This document shows positions 41,855 through 50,907 of a stretch of DNA of 64,000 bases, in pieces. The stretch covers positions 75,243 through 139,242 of the forward strand of contig DATLUG010000028.1 of the NCBI GenBank assembly GCA_035533215.1. The letters are read 5' to 3'. Source of the DNA: Candidatus Micrarchaeia archaeon (GTDB lineage: Bacteria; Chloroflexota; Dormibacteria; Aeolococcales; Bog-877). The notes beneath the pieces are model-generated. The model ran no database searches and was not told where the DNA came from. It worked only from the letters and a program-made list of their open reading frames with translations. Each line of letters begins with the position of its first letter. Position 1 is the first letter of the stretch. The position numbers were made by a program, and so were the translations under genes.

Positions 41855-41876
41855 GGCGAAGGGCCGGCCCTTCGCC
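41855..41876. other. Perfect 22-nt palindrome GGCGAAGGGCCGGCCCTTCGCC (stable hairpin on either strand)
   Basis: Read directly from the sequence, 126 nt upstream of the nfeD start. There is no U-tract on either strand. Confidence 0.5.
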
Positions 41877-42359
41877 GTCGGCCGCTGGACCGAACCGACC
41901 GGCAGCGGGCGACGCGCGCCATCAGCGGGGGCGGTCGCCGAGGGCCAGCAGGGGCTGGGTCGCCGAGCTGGAACCGGACCGCTCGGCGGACAGCGGAGGG
42001 CGGCGGCGCTGCCCCCTGGCACGTCGGCGACGGGGTCCGGCGCGGTCGGATCACGGCCCCGCGCGCCTCGGGGACGGTGTCCCGCCCGACTCCGGGCCGC
42101 CCCGCCCTCGGCCGGCGTTGGCGACCGCGCAGCTCCCGCCGCCATCCCGCGCCGGCGCTCTCTCACCCGGCTCGAGCCAGGGGTCGTCACCGCCCCCGGC
42201 GTCACCGACCGGGCCGCCCGCCCCACCGTCGAGATCGGGCCAAGGTTGGACGCGGCCGCCTCCGGCGCCGTCCGCTCCGCCGACGGTGACCCGGACGCTC
42301 AGGTCCTGACCGCGGCCGACCACGGGATCACCGGCGGCGTGGCCCTGGGGGGCCGGTGC

Positions 42360-43037
42360 TCACCGCACCGCCGGCGGCGCTGGCCGGCCGGGAACGGGGC
42401 CCGGCGAGGGCGGAGCCTCGGGGACGGATGGCGCCGGAGGCCGGTGCCGCCGCGAGCGGAGCCCGAGCCGGTGGGGGAGGACCCGGGGGAGGAAGCGCGG
42501 GACGTCGGCGAAGGCCTCCCGGTAGGCGGGGATCTGGAGCAGGCGGCGCTCCTCGCCCCGGACCCGCGCCCACAGCACCGCGCCGTCGGCGGCCGAGAGG
42601 AGGACCGCCTCCGGGGCCGCCCCGAGGAACAGTGGGAGGGCGCAGAACTCCGCCGCCACCGCGACGTAGTTGGGGTGGCGGCAGTGCCGGTAGGGTCCGC
42701 GCCGGACGGGCACCAGCTCCGGCGGGACCCGCGCCTCCGCGTTCCACGCCGGCCCGAGGCTGCGGATCGACCACAGGCGGAGCAGGGTGGCGGCGGCGAG
42801 CAGGCAGGCCGCCGAGCCCCGGACGGGGGCGGGCGGCCGGGGCCGGTGCCACCGTCGCACGAGCGGCACCACGAACAGGGCGAGGTGGGTCGCCACCATG
42901 AGGGGATAGGACCGGGGCGCAGCGCGAGCGGCGCGCCCGGGCGCCCCCGGGCGCGCGAGGTTGCGACCGGAGTGGCGCAGCTCCAGGGCCCGCTGGGCGG
43001 CGAGCGCGGCCACCACGGCGGCGTCACATCCGCCCAC
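42360..43037 (-). CDS. Isoprenylcysteine carboxyl methyltransferase (ICMT)-family membrane methyltransferase
   Basis: VRRGPYRHCRHPNYVAVAAEF matches the ICMT/PEMT GxYxxxRHPxY motif, and there are multiple TM segments. The gene lies directly downstream of the type III PKS. The start (GTG 43037) is tentative. Confidence 0.7.
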   Translation of the reverse strand: MGGCDAAVVAALAAQRALELRHSGRNLARPGAPGRAARAAPRSYPLMVATHLALFVVPLVRRWHRPRPPAPVRGSAACLLAAATLLRLWSIRSLGPAWNAEARVPPELVPVRRGPYRHCRHPNYVAVAAEFCALPLFLGAAPEAVLLSAADGAVLWARVRGEERRLLQIPAYREAFADVPRFLPRVLPHRLGLRSRRHRPPAPSVPEAPPSPGPVPGRPAPPAVR

Positions 43038-43060
43038 CCGCCGGCGGCGGGGTGCGGGGG

Positions 43061-44161
43061 TCACCGGGACGGTTCCGGCGCTGGCCATCGGAGCTCCAGC
43101 AGCTCCAGGGTGAGGCCCGGCCCGAGTCCGAGGAGGAGTCCCCGCGTCCCCGCCGGCGGGGACGGATGCATGGCGGCGTCGAGCACGAAGAACACCCCGG
43201 CGGAGGAGGGGTTGGCCGCGCGCTCGAAGGCGGCGCGGCTGGCGGCGACGGCCGCCTCGCCCACCTCCAGCGAGCGGGCGACGGCGTCGATGATGCGGGG
43301 GCCTCCCGGGTGGGCGGCCACCACCCGGCAGTCCGGGGCGCGGTCCGGTGCCAGGAACGTGGCCACCACGTCGGGGAGGACCGCCGCGAGCCGCTCCGGC
43401 AGGTCGCGGACCAGATGGACTCGGAAGCCGTGGTCGTCGAGCCGGTACCCGAGGGCGTCGCCGCTCGCCGGCACCAGCCGCTCGCCGGTGCGCAGGATGT
43501 CGAGCCCGCCGGCGTGCCCATCGCCCCCGGGGCCGATCAGCACGGCGGCTCCCGCGCCGTCGCCGAAGACCAGCGCGCTGAGGAGGTTGTCGACGGAGTC
43601 GTCCCCGGGCTGGAAGGTGAGTGAGGGCAGCTCGACCGCCGCGACCAGGGCGATCCCGGGCCGGTCCGGCCGTCCCGCCCCCCGCAGCCACTCCGCCGCC
43701 CGCCCCAGCCCGGCGGCGCCGGCGGCGCATCCGAGCTGGGTGAGGGGGAGCCGGGTGACGTCCTCCCGGAGGCCGAGGGCGGCGACGAGGCGGCTGTCCG
43801 GCCCCGGGAGGACGAAGCCGGTGCAGGACGCCACCACCAGGAGGTCGACCGCCGATGCCGGGACCCCGGCACCGGAGAGCGCGTGCCGGCAGGCGGCGGC
43901 GGCCAGCTCGGTGGCGAGCTCCGGATACCGCAATCCCTGCTCGGCCAGCGTCATCCCCCGGCCCAGGTCGGCGGGCGGGCGCGCCAGCCACCGCCTGGAG
44001 CCGGCGAGCTCGCGGACGAGGGCGGGGAGGTGGCGGGCACGGTGGGGCCAGACCCGGGCGAGCACCCGGCCCAGCTCGTCGGCGTCGACGGGGTGCGGGG
44101 GCAGGGCCAGCCCCAGCCCGGCCAGCCGCACCGCCGGCGGCCCGACGGCGACCCGGGCCAT
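43061..44161 (-). CDS. Type III polyketide synthase (chalcone/stilbene synthase superfamily)
   Basis: Catalytic Cys in LLVVASCTGFVLPG, His in VVAAHPGGPRIIDAV, Asn in ANPSSAGVFFVL and a C-terminal GLGPGLTLE. The rest of the listed 1430-aa ORF is antisense to the next gene. Confidence 0.85.
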   Translation of the reverse strand: MARVAVGPPAVRLAGLGLALPPHPVDADELGRVLARVWPHRARHLPALVRELAGSRRWLARPPADLGRGMTLAEQGLRYPELATELAAAACRHALSGAGVPASAVDLLVVASCTGFVLPGPDSRLVAALGLREDVTRLPLTQLGCAAGAAGLGRAAEWLRGAGRPDRPGIALVAAVELPSLTFQPGDDSVDNLLSALVFGDGAGAAVLIGPGGDGHAGGLDILRTGERLVPASGDALGYRLDDHGFRVHLVRDLPERLAAVLPDVVATFLAPDRAPDCRVVAAHPGGPRIIDAVARSLEVGEAAVAASRAAFERAANPSSAGVFFVLDAAMHPSPPAGTRGLLLGLGPGLTLELLELRWPAPEPSR

Positions 44162-44356
44162 TCCGGCCGCGACCGCCGCCGGGGCTGCCACCGCCGGGCG
44201 CTCCACGACCGCGATCAGGGGACTCGCCACCACGGGAGCATAGACACGGGGCCGACGGCGGCGGACCGACCCGGCGGCGGACCGTCCCGGCGGCCGCGCG
44301 GCGGGGCCTCTGCTATCCTGCGGCGCGCCTGCGGACCGCGCCGCCCACCCCCACGG

Positions 44357-46420
44357 ATGCCCACCACGACCACCGAACGCGGGCCGGACCCGGCGGTGCT
44401 CTGGGAACCCCCAGAGCTGCTGCGGCGCGACTGTGGCATCGCCCAGTACCTCAGCTGGCTGGGGTCGGCGCGCGACCTCCACTTCCCCGACTACGAGGCC
44501 TGCTGGCGCTGGTCGGTGACGGACCTGGACCGGTTCTGGCGCTCCATCTGGGACCGTTTCGCCGTCGATGCGGACGCCCAGCCCACCGCGGTGCGGGTGG
44601 GCGACCGGATGCCGGACGTCCGGTGGTTTCCCGGCGCGACCCTGAACTACGCCCACCACGCGCTCCGTCACGGCCGCTCCGACCGGCCGGCCGTGGTGCA
44701 CGTCTCCGAGCTCCGCGGTCCGGCCGAGGTGTCGTGGGCGGAGCTCGAACGCGAGGTGGCGGCCCTGGCGGCCTGGCTGCGGGAGCAGGGGGTGAGTCCG
44801 GGAGACCGGGTCGCCGCCTATCTGCCCAACATCCCGGAGGCGGTGATCGCCTTCCTCGCCGCCGCCAGCGTCGGGGCGGTGTGGTCGAGCTGCTCGCCCG
44901 ATTTCGGTGTCCGCAGCGTGGTCGACCGCTTCCGCCAGATCGAGCCCACCGTTCTCTTCGCGGTCGACGGCTACCGCTACGGCGGTCGCGACTTCGACCG
45001 GCGCGAGGTGGTCGACGCGATCGAGGCGGCGCTGCCGTCGGTGCGCCGCACCGTCACCGTGGCGCACCTGCGCCGGGGACGGGCGGCCGACACCGATGGG
45101 GCTGGCTCCGGGGCCGCCCGGCCCGGCGGCCCCGCCCGCGTTGCCTGGGCGGAGGTGGTCCGGGGGACGGTTGCGCTGACCTGCACGGCGGTCCCGTTCG
45201 AGCACCCGCTCTGGGTGCTGTACTCGTCGGGCACGACCGGACTGCCCAAGCCGATCGTCCAGAGCCAGGGCGGGATCCTCCTGGAGCATCTGAAGGTCCT
45301 CGCGCTCCACCACGACATCCGGCCCGACGACCGCTTCTTCTGGTTCAGCACCACCGGCTGGATGATGTGGAACCTCCTGCTGGGCGGGCTCACCCTCGGG
45401 GCCACCATCGTGCTCTACGACGGCAGTGCTGCCCATCCCACCAGCGACCGCCTCTGGCGGCTCGCCGAGGAGACCGGCACCACCGTGCTGGGGACCAGCG
45501 CCGCCCAGATCCTGGCCTCCATGAAGGCCGGGGTCCGTCCTGGCGCCGACCACGACCTCAGCCGGGTGCGGGCGATCGGATCCACCGGGTCGCCGCTCCC
45601 GCCGGAGGGGTTCCGGTGGGTGTACGAGATGGTGAAACCCGACGTCTGGCTGGCGTCGGTGAGCGGAGGCACCGACGTCTGCACCGGCTTCGCCGTCGGC
45701 TGTCCCCTCCTGCCGGTGCGCGCGGGGGTGATCCAGTGCCGGGCGCTGGGGGCGGCGGTGGCCGCCTACGACGACGTCGGCCACCCGCTCGTCGACGCGG
45801 TCGGCGAGCTGGTGGTGGAGCGGCCGATGCCGTCGATGCCGACGGGGTTCTGGAACGACCCCGGCGGCCGCCGCTACCGTGCCGCCTACTTCGAGATGTA
45901 CCCAGGGGTCTGGCGCCACGGCGACTGGGTGCGGATCCTCGCCGACGGCGGGGTGATCATCAGCGGCCGCTCCGACGCCACGATCAACCGGCTCGGGGTG
46001 CGGATGGGGACCAGCGAGCTGTACCGGGTGGTCGAGGAGCTCCCCGAGGTCCAGGACAGCCTGGTGGTCGACCTCGACGACCGGGCCGGCGCCGCCTTCA
46101 TGCCCCTCTTCGTGGTGCCGGCGCCGGGCTGCGCCGTGGACGACGCGCTGCGGGAGCGGATCCGCCGTCTGCTGCGGCGGGAGCTGTCGCCCCGCCACGT
46201 CCCCGATGCCATCATCGCGGTGGCGGCGATCCCGCGCACGCTCTCGGGCAAGAAGCTGGAGGTGCCGGTGAAGCGCCTCCTCCAGGGCGAGCCGGTGGAG
46301 GCGGCGGTGAGTCGGGACGCGATCCAGGACCCCCGGGCGCTGGAGCCGTTCCTCGCCTACGCAGCGGAGCGGCGGCGCGCGGCGGCGGCGGGGGCCGACG
46401 CGGTCGCGGGCGGAGGGTAG
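44357..46420 (+). CDS. Acetoacetyl-CoA synthetase (acetoacetate-CoA ligase)
   Basis: LWEPPE...YLSWL...FPDYEACWRWSVTDLDRFWRSIWD..., AMP-binding motif LYSSGTTGLPKPIV, and GRSDATINRLGVRMGTSELY...PRTLSGKKLEV. Confidence 0.9.
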   Translation: MPTTTTERGPDPAVLWEPPELLRRDCGIAQYLSWLGSARDLHFPDYEACWRWSVTDLDRFWRSIWDRFAVDADAQPTAVRVGDRMPDVRWFPGATLNYAHHALRHGRSDRPAVVHVSELRGPAEVSWAELEREVAALAAWLREQGVSPGDRVAAYLPNIPEAVIAFLAAASVGAVWSSCSPDFGVRSVVDRFRQIEPTVLFAVDGYRYGGRDFDRREVVDAIEAALPSVRRTVTVAHLRRGRAADTDGAGSGAARPGGPARVAWAEVVRGTVALTCTAVPFEHPLWVLYSSGTTGLPKPIVQSQGGILLEHLKVLALHHDIRPDDRFFWFSTTGWMMWNLLLGGLTLGATIVLYDGSAAHPTSDRLWRLAEETGTTVLGTSAAQILASMKAGVRPGADHDLSRVRAIGSTGSPLPPEGFRWVYEMVKPDVWLASVSGGTDVCTGFAVGCPLLPVRAGVIQCRALGAAVAAYDDVGHPLVDAVGELVVERPMPSMPTGFWNDPGGRRYRAAYFEMYPGVWRHGDWVRILADGGVIISGRSDATINRLGVRMGTSELYRVVEELPEVQDSLVVDLDDRAGAAFMPLFVVPAPGCAVDDALRERIRRLLRRELSPRHVPDAIIAVAAIPRTLSGKKLEVPVKRLLQGEPVEAAVSRDAIQDPRALEPFLAYAAERRRAAAAGADAVAGGG

Positions 46421-46514
46421 CGAGCTGCGGTGGCGGTGCTGGGGGCGCGTCCCCGGATTCCTCGGCGCCCTGGCGATCCTGGCGGTCGGCGGAGCCCTGC
46501 CGGCCGGCGGGGCG

Positions 46515-47621
46515 GTGGCAGCCGCCAGGACCCCCCCGGTGCGGCCATCCGTCCCCCGCGGAGACGCGGCGGCCCGGCCGGTGTGCGCCCGGGGCCAGGC
46601 CGCGCTGCCCGTTCCCGGAGTGGTGTCGCCGGACCCGGTCCTCCAGCTGGCGAGCGGGCTCGACCAGCCCGACGACCTCCTCTCGTCCGGGGACCTGCTC
46701 CTCGTCGGTGAGTACGGGAGCGGCACGATCGCCCGCGTCGACGGCCCGGGTGGGCGGCTCGTGCCGCTCCCCGCCCGGGTGCCCGAGGTCGAGGGGCTCG
46801 CGCTCGCCGGCCCGACGCTCCTCGCCGCCGACCAGTTGCACGACCGGGTGGTCGCGGTGACCGGCCGCACCGTGCGCACCCGCTTCCAGCTGCGGCCGGT
46901 GGCGGGGGTGGAGGGGGTCGACAGCGTCGCCACCGCCGGCGGCGCCCTCGTCGTGCCCGACAGCGCCCGCGGAGCCGTCGACCTGCTCGCCCGGAGCGGC
47001 CGGGTGGTGCGACGCCTCACGGGGTTCGACCGACCCACCGGCGTCTGGCCCACCGCCGACGGGACGATGCTGGTCGCCGACGAGAACGCCGGCACCGTGC
47101 TGCGGGTGCAGCCGGACGGTGCCCGCACGGTCCTCGCCCGGGGGCTCGACCTGCCCGATGACGTCGCCCGCCGTGGGAGCGGCCCGCTGTACGTCATCGC
47201 CATCGGCTCGGACGCGCTCGACACCGTGGCCGGAGGCAGTGCGCAGGAGCTGGTCGGCGGCCTCGGGCAGCCGCAGGGGCTCGCGCTCGACGGCGCCGGC
47301 AACCCGGTGGTGACGGAGTCCAGCGCGGGCCGGGTCGACCTGGTGGTCGTCAACGTCGCCCTGGTGCCGTCGGGCCCGGTCGCCGCGGTGGCGCGGGGCG
47401 CGCGGCTGTGCGTGCAGCTGGCGCGCGGCCCCGGGTATCACCTGCCGGTCACCATCCTCCCCGGTCGCGGCTACCGGGTGGTCGCGCAGCCCGGCCGCGG
47501 CGACCGCGGCGAGGTGCTCCCAGGCCGCTGCACCACCACCTGCCGGGTCCGGGTGGCGGTGCGGTCCGGCCGCCTGACCGGCGCGACCTGGCTCGCCTAC
47601 CGGACGGTCTCGACCGGCTGA
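46515..47621 (+). CDS. Predicted secreted beta-propeller repeat protein (NHL / SMP-30-like repeats; weak)
   Basis: Repeated D-x-P-x-G/LALD blocks: LDQPDDLL, VEGLALAG, FDRPTGVW, LDLPDDVA and LGQPQGLALDGAGNPVV. A signal-peptide-like stretch lies upstream of the first canonical start, so the true start may be earlier (CTG 46425). Confidence 0.55.
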   Translation: MAAARTPPVRPSVPRGDAAARPVCARGQAALPVPGVVSPDPVLQLASGLDQPDDLLSSGDLLLVGEYGSGTIARVDGPGGRLVPLPARVPEVEGLALAGPTLLAADQLHDRVVAVTGRTVRTRFQLRPVAGVEGVDSVATAGGALVVPDSARGAVDLLARSGRVVRRLTGFDRPTGVWPTADGTMLVADENAGTVLRVQPDGARTVLARGLDLPDDVARRGSGPLYVIAIGSDALDTVAGGSAQELVGGLGQPQGLALDGAGNPVVTESSAGRVDLVVVNVALVPSGPVAAVARGARLCVQLARGPGYHLPVTILPGRGYRVVAQPGRGDRGEVLPGRCTTTCRVRVAVRSGRLTGATWLAYRTVSTG

Positions 47622-47658
47622 CCCGGCTCAACCGGCTCAACCGGCTGAGCCGGCGCGA
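47614..47658. repeat. 9-nt tandem repeat x5 (CCGGCTSAN)
   Basis: CCGGCTGAC CCGGCTCAA CCGGCTCAA CCGGCTGAG CCGGCGCGA. The array begins at the stop codon of the propeller gene. Confidence 0.7.
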
Positions 47659-48436
47659 AGGGAGACCCGCTCCGCCAGCGGCGTCGATCAGGTCCGACCG
47701 ACTGGGCCGATTGCGTGGCAGGGCCGTCCGGCGACGCAGCCGACCGCGTTCGGCGCCACCGCCGCACCGGCGTGGGCGGCCGCACCGAGATGGACCGCGC
47801 CTCCGGTCCACTCGGCCGCCGCCGGCGCGACGCTGACCGGGCCGTGGCCGAGGGCAGGGCGCGCCGGCCGGCCGCTGGCCGAGCGCCAGCGACGCCGACG
47901 ACGACCGGCACGCGATCGGCTGGAGGGCTGCCCAGGACCGGTGCGCAGGCGGAGGCGACTGCGTCGTGCGCCCGGCGATCCCGTCCCACCTCTGGACGAT
48001 GCCGACGGCCGTCCCGGCCGCGCTCTCCTCCCCGCCGCCGGTGCGGCCGTGGGTCGCCGCCGGGCACGCGGCGTCGCTCAGGACTCCGCGCCGCCTCGCC
48101 GCCGGGCTCGGCGTTCAGCGCGCCCCGTCCCACTGCAGGAGGGATGGGGTCGGGTGGGGCCGAAGAGCGCCGAGCCCCGGTCCGTCAGCCGCGGGCGGCG
48201 GGGAGGCACGCGGCCCCCACCACCGGCAGGGGCGCGGACCACCATCGCGAACGTCCCACCGTTCCACCCACCCGCCCTGGGGACCGGTCCGGTACCCGCC
48301 GGAGACGCTCGCCGCCGCCGACGACGAGCCGTCGTCCGCGAGCGGGTCGTGGGCGAGCGTGCGCCGGGTCGCGACGAGGCGGCCCGGACGCCCTCCCTGC
48401 GGCTGGTGCCCGCCCCGGTGGTGGCCCGAGCGGGGA

Positions 48437-50857
48437 TCAGCCCGGGACCGCGGCGGCCGCAGGGTCCCGACCGCCGGTGACCTCGGCCAGCGCCCGGGCG
48501 AGGGTGTCGGCGATCCGGTCCGCGTCGGCCTCGCCGATCACGAGCGGTGGCCGCACCTTCAGCACGTTGGCGTCGGGACCGGTGGATCCGATCAGGACCC
48601 CCAGGTCCCGCATCCGGTTGACGACGGCGTGGGCGAGGGGCGTCGCCGCCGCCCGGGTGGTGCGGTCGAGGACCAGCTCGACGCCGATCAGCAGCCCCAT
48701 CGCCCGGACCTCGCCGATCTCCGGGCACGACGACCGGAGCGCCTCCAGGCGGCCCTGCAGACGGGCCCCCATCTCGCGGGCGTTGTCGAGGAGGGTCTCC
48801 GTCTCGATCACCCGGAGCACCGCCAGGCCGGCCTCGCACGCCACCGGGTTGCCGCCGAAGGTGCTGAACCACTCGGTGGCGCGCGCGAACCGCTCGGCGA
48901 TTTCGGCCCGCGTCACCACCGCTGCCACCGGGTGGCCACCGCCCATCGGCTTGCCCAAGGTGACGATGTCGGGGGTGACCCCGTGGAGCTGGAACCCCCA
49001 GAGGTGGGCGCCGGAACGCCCGAACCCGGCCTGGACCTCGTCGGCGACGAACAGGCCCCCGGCGGCCCGCCAACGGCGGACGGCGTCCTGGAGGTAGGCG
49101 GGGGGCGGCCGCAGGATCCCGTCGCTGGTGAAGCCCGCGTCGATCAGCATCGCCGCCGGGCGATGGCCCGCGCGGGCCAGCTGGTCCACCGCCTCGTCCA
49201 CGTGGGCCGCATACCGCTCCGCCCAGTCGGCCTGCTCGCTCCGGTGGCGGCCGCGATAGCCGTCGGGGGCCGGCAGGACGGCGATGTGGGCGGGACGCGT
49301 CGCGCCCCGCCACTCCGACGGCGTGAGGTCGGCCACCGCCTGGGTCGCCCCGTGGTAGGCGCTGGCGGTGACCAGCCCACCGGTCCCGCCGGTGAAGCTG
49401 GTGGCGAGTCGCCAGGCGAGGTCGTTGGCCTCGCTGCCGGAGTTGACGAACATGACGGTGTCCAGGCCGCCGGAGAGGGTCGCGATCAGCCGCTCCGCCA
49501 GCTCCAGGGCCGACCGGTGCAGGTAGCGCACGTTGGTGTTGAGCGACCGCACCTGGGCGGTGATCGCGCGCACCACCTCGGGGTGACAGTGGCCCACCAC
49601 CGGGACGTTGTTGTAGGCGTCGAGGTAGGCGTGTCCGTCGGCGTCGAAGAGCCAGGCCCCGGCGCCGCGCACCAGGTGGAGCGGACGGTCGTAGGAGAGC
49701 GGTGAGATGGCGGCGCCGAAGAGCCGGCGCCGGCGCTCGACCAGCTCGTCCACCGGGGTCGGGGTGGCCCGGTCCGCCGCGGCCTCGTCGACCCAGGGAC
49801 CGGTCGCGGCAGCCCGCACCCGCACCCGCCACCGTTCCAGCCCCATCGCCTCGACCTGTCCGAAGATGGACCAGATCCCGGCCTCCCAGCCCCTCACGTA
49901 CTCGGCGCAGTCGGGGTACTGACGGGCCCGCCAGACGGCCAGGATGGCGCTGGTGGCCCAGCGGGCGAGCAGGAGCTCGGGGAGGATCTCGACCTCCATC
50001 TCCTCCAGCGGGGTCACCGAGCCGAAGCCCGCGCAGAGGGCGCCGAGGGCCGCCAGGGGGTCGGGTCGGTCGACCACCAGCTCGGCGGTGGCGACGAGGT
50101 CCGACACCACCGCCGAATGGACCATGTCGCCGAAGTCCAGGATCCCGGTGACCCGATGCTGGGGGTCGAAGACGGCATTGTCCAGGGTCAGGTCGCCGTG
50201 GATCAGCTGGGACCGGAGGAGGGGGTAGACCGGCAGCGCCCGGGACTCGAACGCGTCCAGCGCGCGGGCCAGGATCGCCCGCCGCCCGGGGTCGTCGACG
50301 CGGGCGAGCGGGCCGCGCAGCCGGGGCGCCTCCCGAGCGCTCCAGAGCAGGGCATGGCCCGCGGCGGGGTGGAAGAACCCCCGCAGGGCTCGGCCGAGGC
50401 GCGCCGAGACCGCCCCGAAGGCGTGGACCGCAGTCAGGTCGAGGTCGGGCCCCTCGAGGTGCTGGCCGGGCATGAACGTCAGCAGCCGGACGATGTGGGA
50501 CGCGCCCTCGGCACCGGCGATGGTGGGATGGCGGGCGCCGTCGGTGGCGGCGAGCGGCGTCATCACCGGGAGGGCGGGGTCGGTCCTGGCGACGTGGAGC
50601 ATGGCCTGCGTCTGCATCGAGACGGCGGCGGGATCCTCGGCGGCGTTGCTGATCTTGAGGAGTACATCGGTCCCGGTCCCGGTCGCGATGCGAAAGTTCT
50701 GGTCGCGCTCGCTGACCAGCATCGAGGCGGTGCCGCCGACACCGAAGACCTCGCGGGCGATCCGCTCCGCGTCCGCATCGGTGAACCGCGGCAGCGGCGC
50801 GTCGAGGGTGTCGAACGCCCCGGAGGTGGGCGGGGGCGGCACCGCCACGTCGGTCAC
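48437..50857 (-). CDS. Fusion protein: aminoglycoside-phosphotransferase-like kinase domain + class III PLP aminotransferase / phospho-lyase-like domain
   Basis: N-terminal half: kinase catalytic loop LIHGDLTLDNAVF and ILDFGD. C-terminal half: NVPVVGHCHPEVV, NSGSEANDLAWRLA, FVADEVQAGFGRSG and the PLP lysine in TLGKPMGGGHP. The start is taken as GTG 50857. Confidence 0.8.
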   Translation of the reverse strand: MTDVAVPPPPTSGAFDTLDAPLPRFTDADAERIAREVFGVGGTASMLVSERDQNFRIATGTGTDVLLKISNAAEDPAAVSMQTQAMLHVARTDPALPVMTPLAATDGARHPTIAGAEGASHIVRLLTFMPGQHLEGPDLDLTAVHAFGAVSARLGRALRGFFHPAAGHALLWSAREAPRLRGPLARVDDPGRRAILARALDAFESRALPVYPLLRSQLIHGDLTLDNAVFDPQHRVTGILDFGDMVHSAVVSDLVATAELVVDRPDPLAALGALCAGFGSVTPLEEMEVEILPELLLARWATSAILAVWRARQYPDCAEYVRGWEAGIWSIFGQVEAMGLERWRVRVRAAATGPWVDEAAADRATPTPVDELVERRRRLFGAAISPLSYDRPLHLVRGAGAWLFDADGHAYLDAYNNVPVVGHCHPEVVRAITAQVRSLNTNVRYLHRSALELAERLIATLSGGLDTVMFVNSGSEANDLAWRLATSFTGGTGGLVTASAYHGATQAVADLTPSEWRGATRPAHIAVLPAPDGYRGRHRSEQADWAERYAAHVDEAVDQLARAGHRPAAMLIDAGFTSDGILRPPPAYLQDAVRRWRAAGGLFVADEVQAGFGRSGAHLWGFQLHGVTPDIVTLGKPMGGGHPVAAVVTRAEIAERFARATEWFSTFGGNPVACEAGLAVLRVIETETLLDNAREMGARLQGRLEALRSSCPEIGEVRAMGLLIGVELVLDRTTRAAATPLAHAVVNRMRDLGVLIGSTGPDANVLKVRPPLVIGEADADRIADTLARALAEVTGGRDPAAAAVPG

Positions 50858-50907
50858 GCGGTCATGATAGCCGCCACCGGTGGGCGGCCCTGCACGGCCA
50901 GCCGAGT

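Noticed and set aside
42051-42323. 90-aa minus-strand ORF (MVGRGQDLSVRVTVGG…) as an extra gene of the PKS operon
   Set aside because: High third-position GC is expected in any frame here. There is no SD and no recognisable motif, the composition is Gly/Asp/Arg-rich, and the ORF lies between ICMT and the palindrome without coupling.
41151-44243. 1030-aa plus-strand ORF, plus 42360..43991 and 42299..43027 as full-length genes
   Set aside because: The plus ORF is antisense to NfeD, ICMT and the PKS, with no motifs. Only the 3' 226 codons of 42360..43991 look like a real (ICMT-family) protein.
43061-47353. 1430-aa minus-strand ORF
   Set aside because: Only the last about 367 codons (43061-44161) encode a protein, the type III PKS. 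The remainder is antisense to the acetoacetyl-CoA synthetase and propeller genes and has shadow-ORF composition.
47614-47658. CRISPR array or other spaced-repeat array (also checked the 21-nt repeat at 836 and the 12-nt repeat at 36529)
   Set aside because: The repeats are directly tandem and only 9-21 nt long, with no unique spacers and no cas genes.
47597-49097. ORFs 47597..48133 (-), 47715..49097 (+), 47941..48480 (+) and 47966..49705 (+) in or near the 47.6-48.4 kb gap
   Set aside because: The composition is Arg/Pro/Gly-dominated with no motifs. The plus-strand ones run antisense into the kinase/aminotransferase gene.
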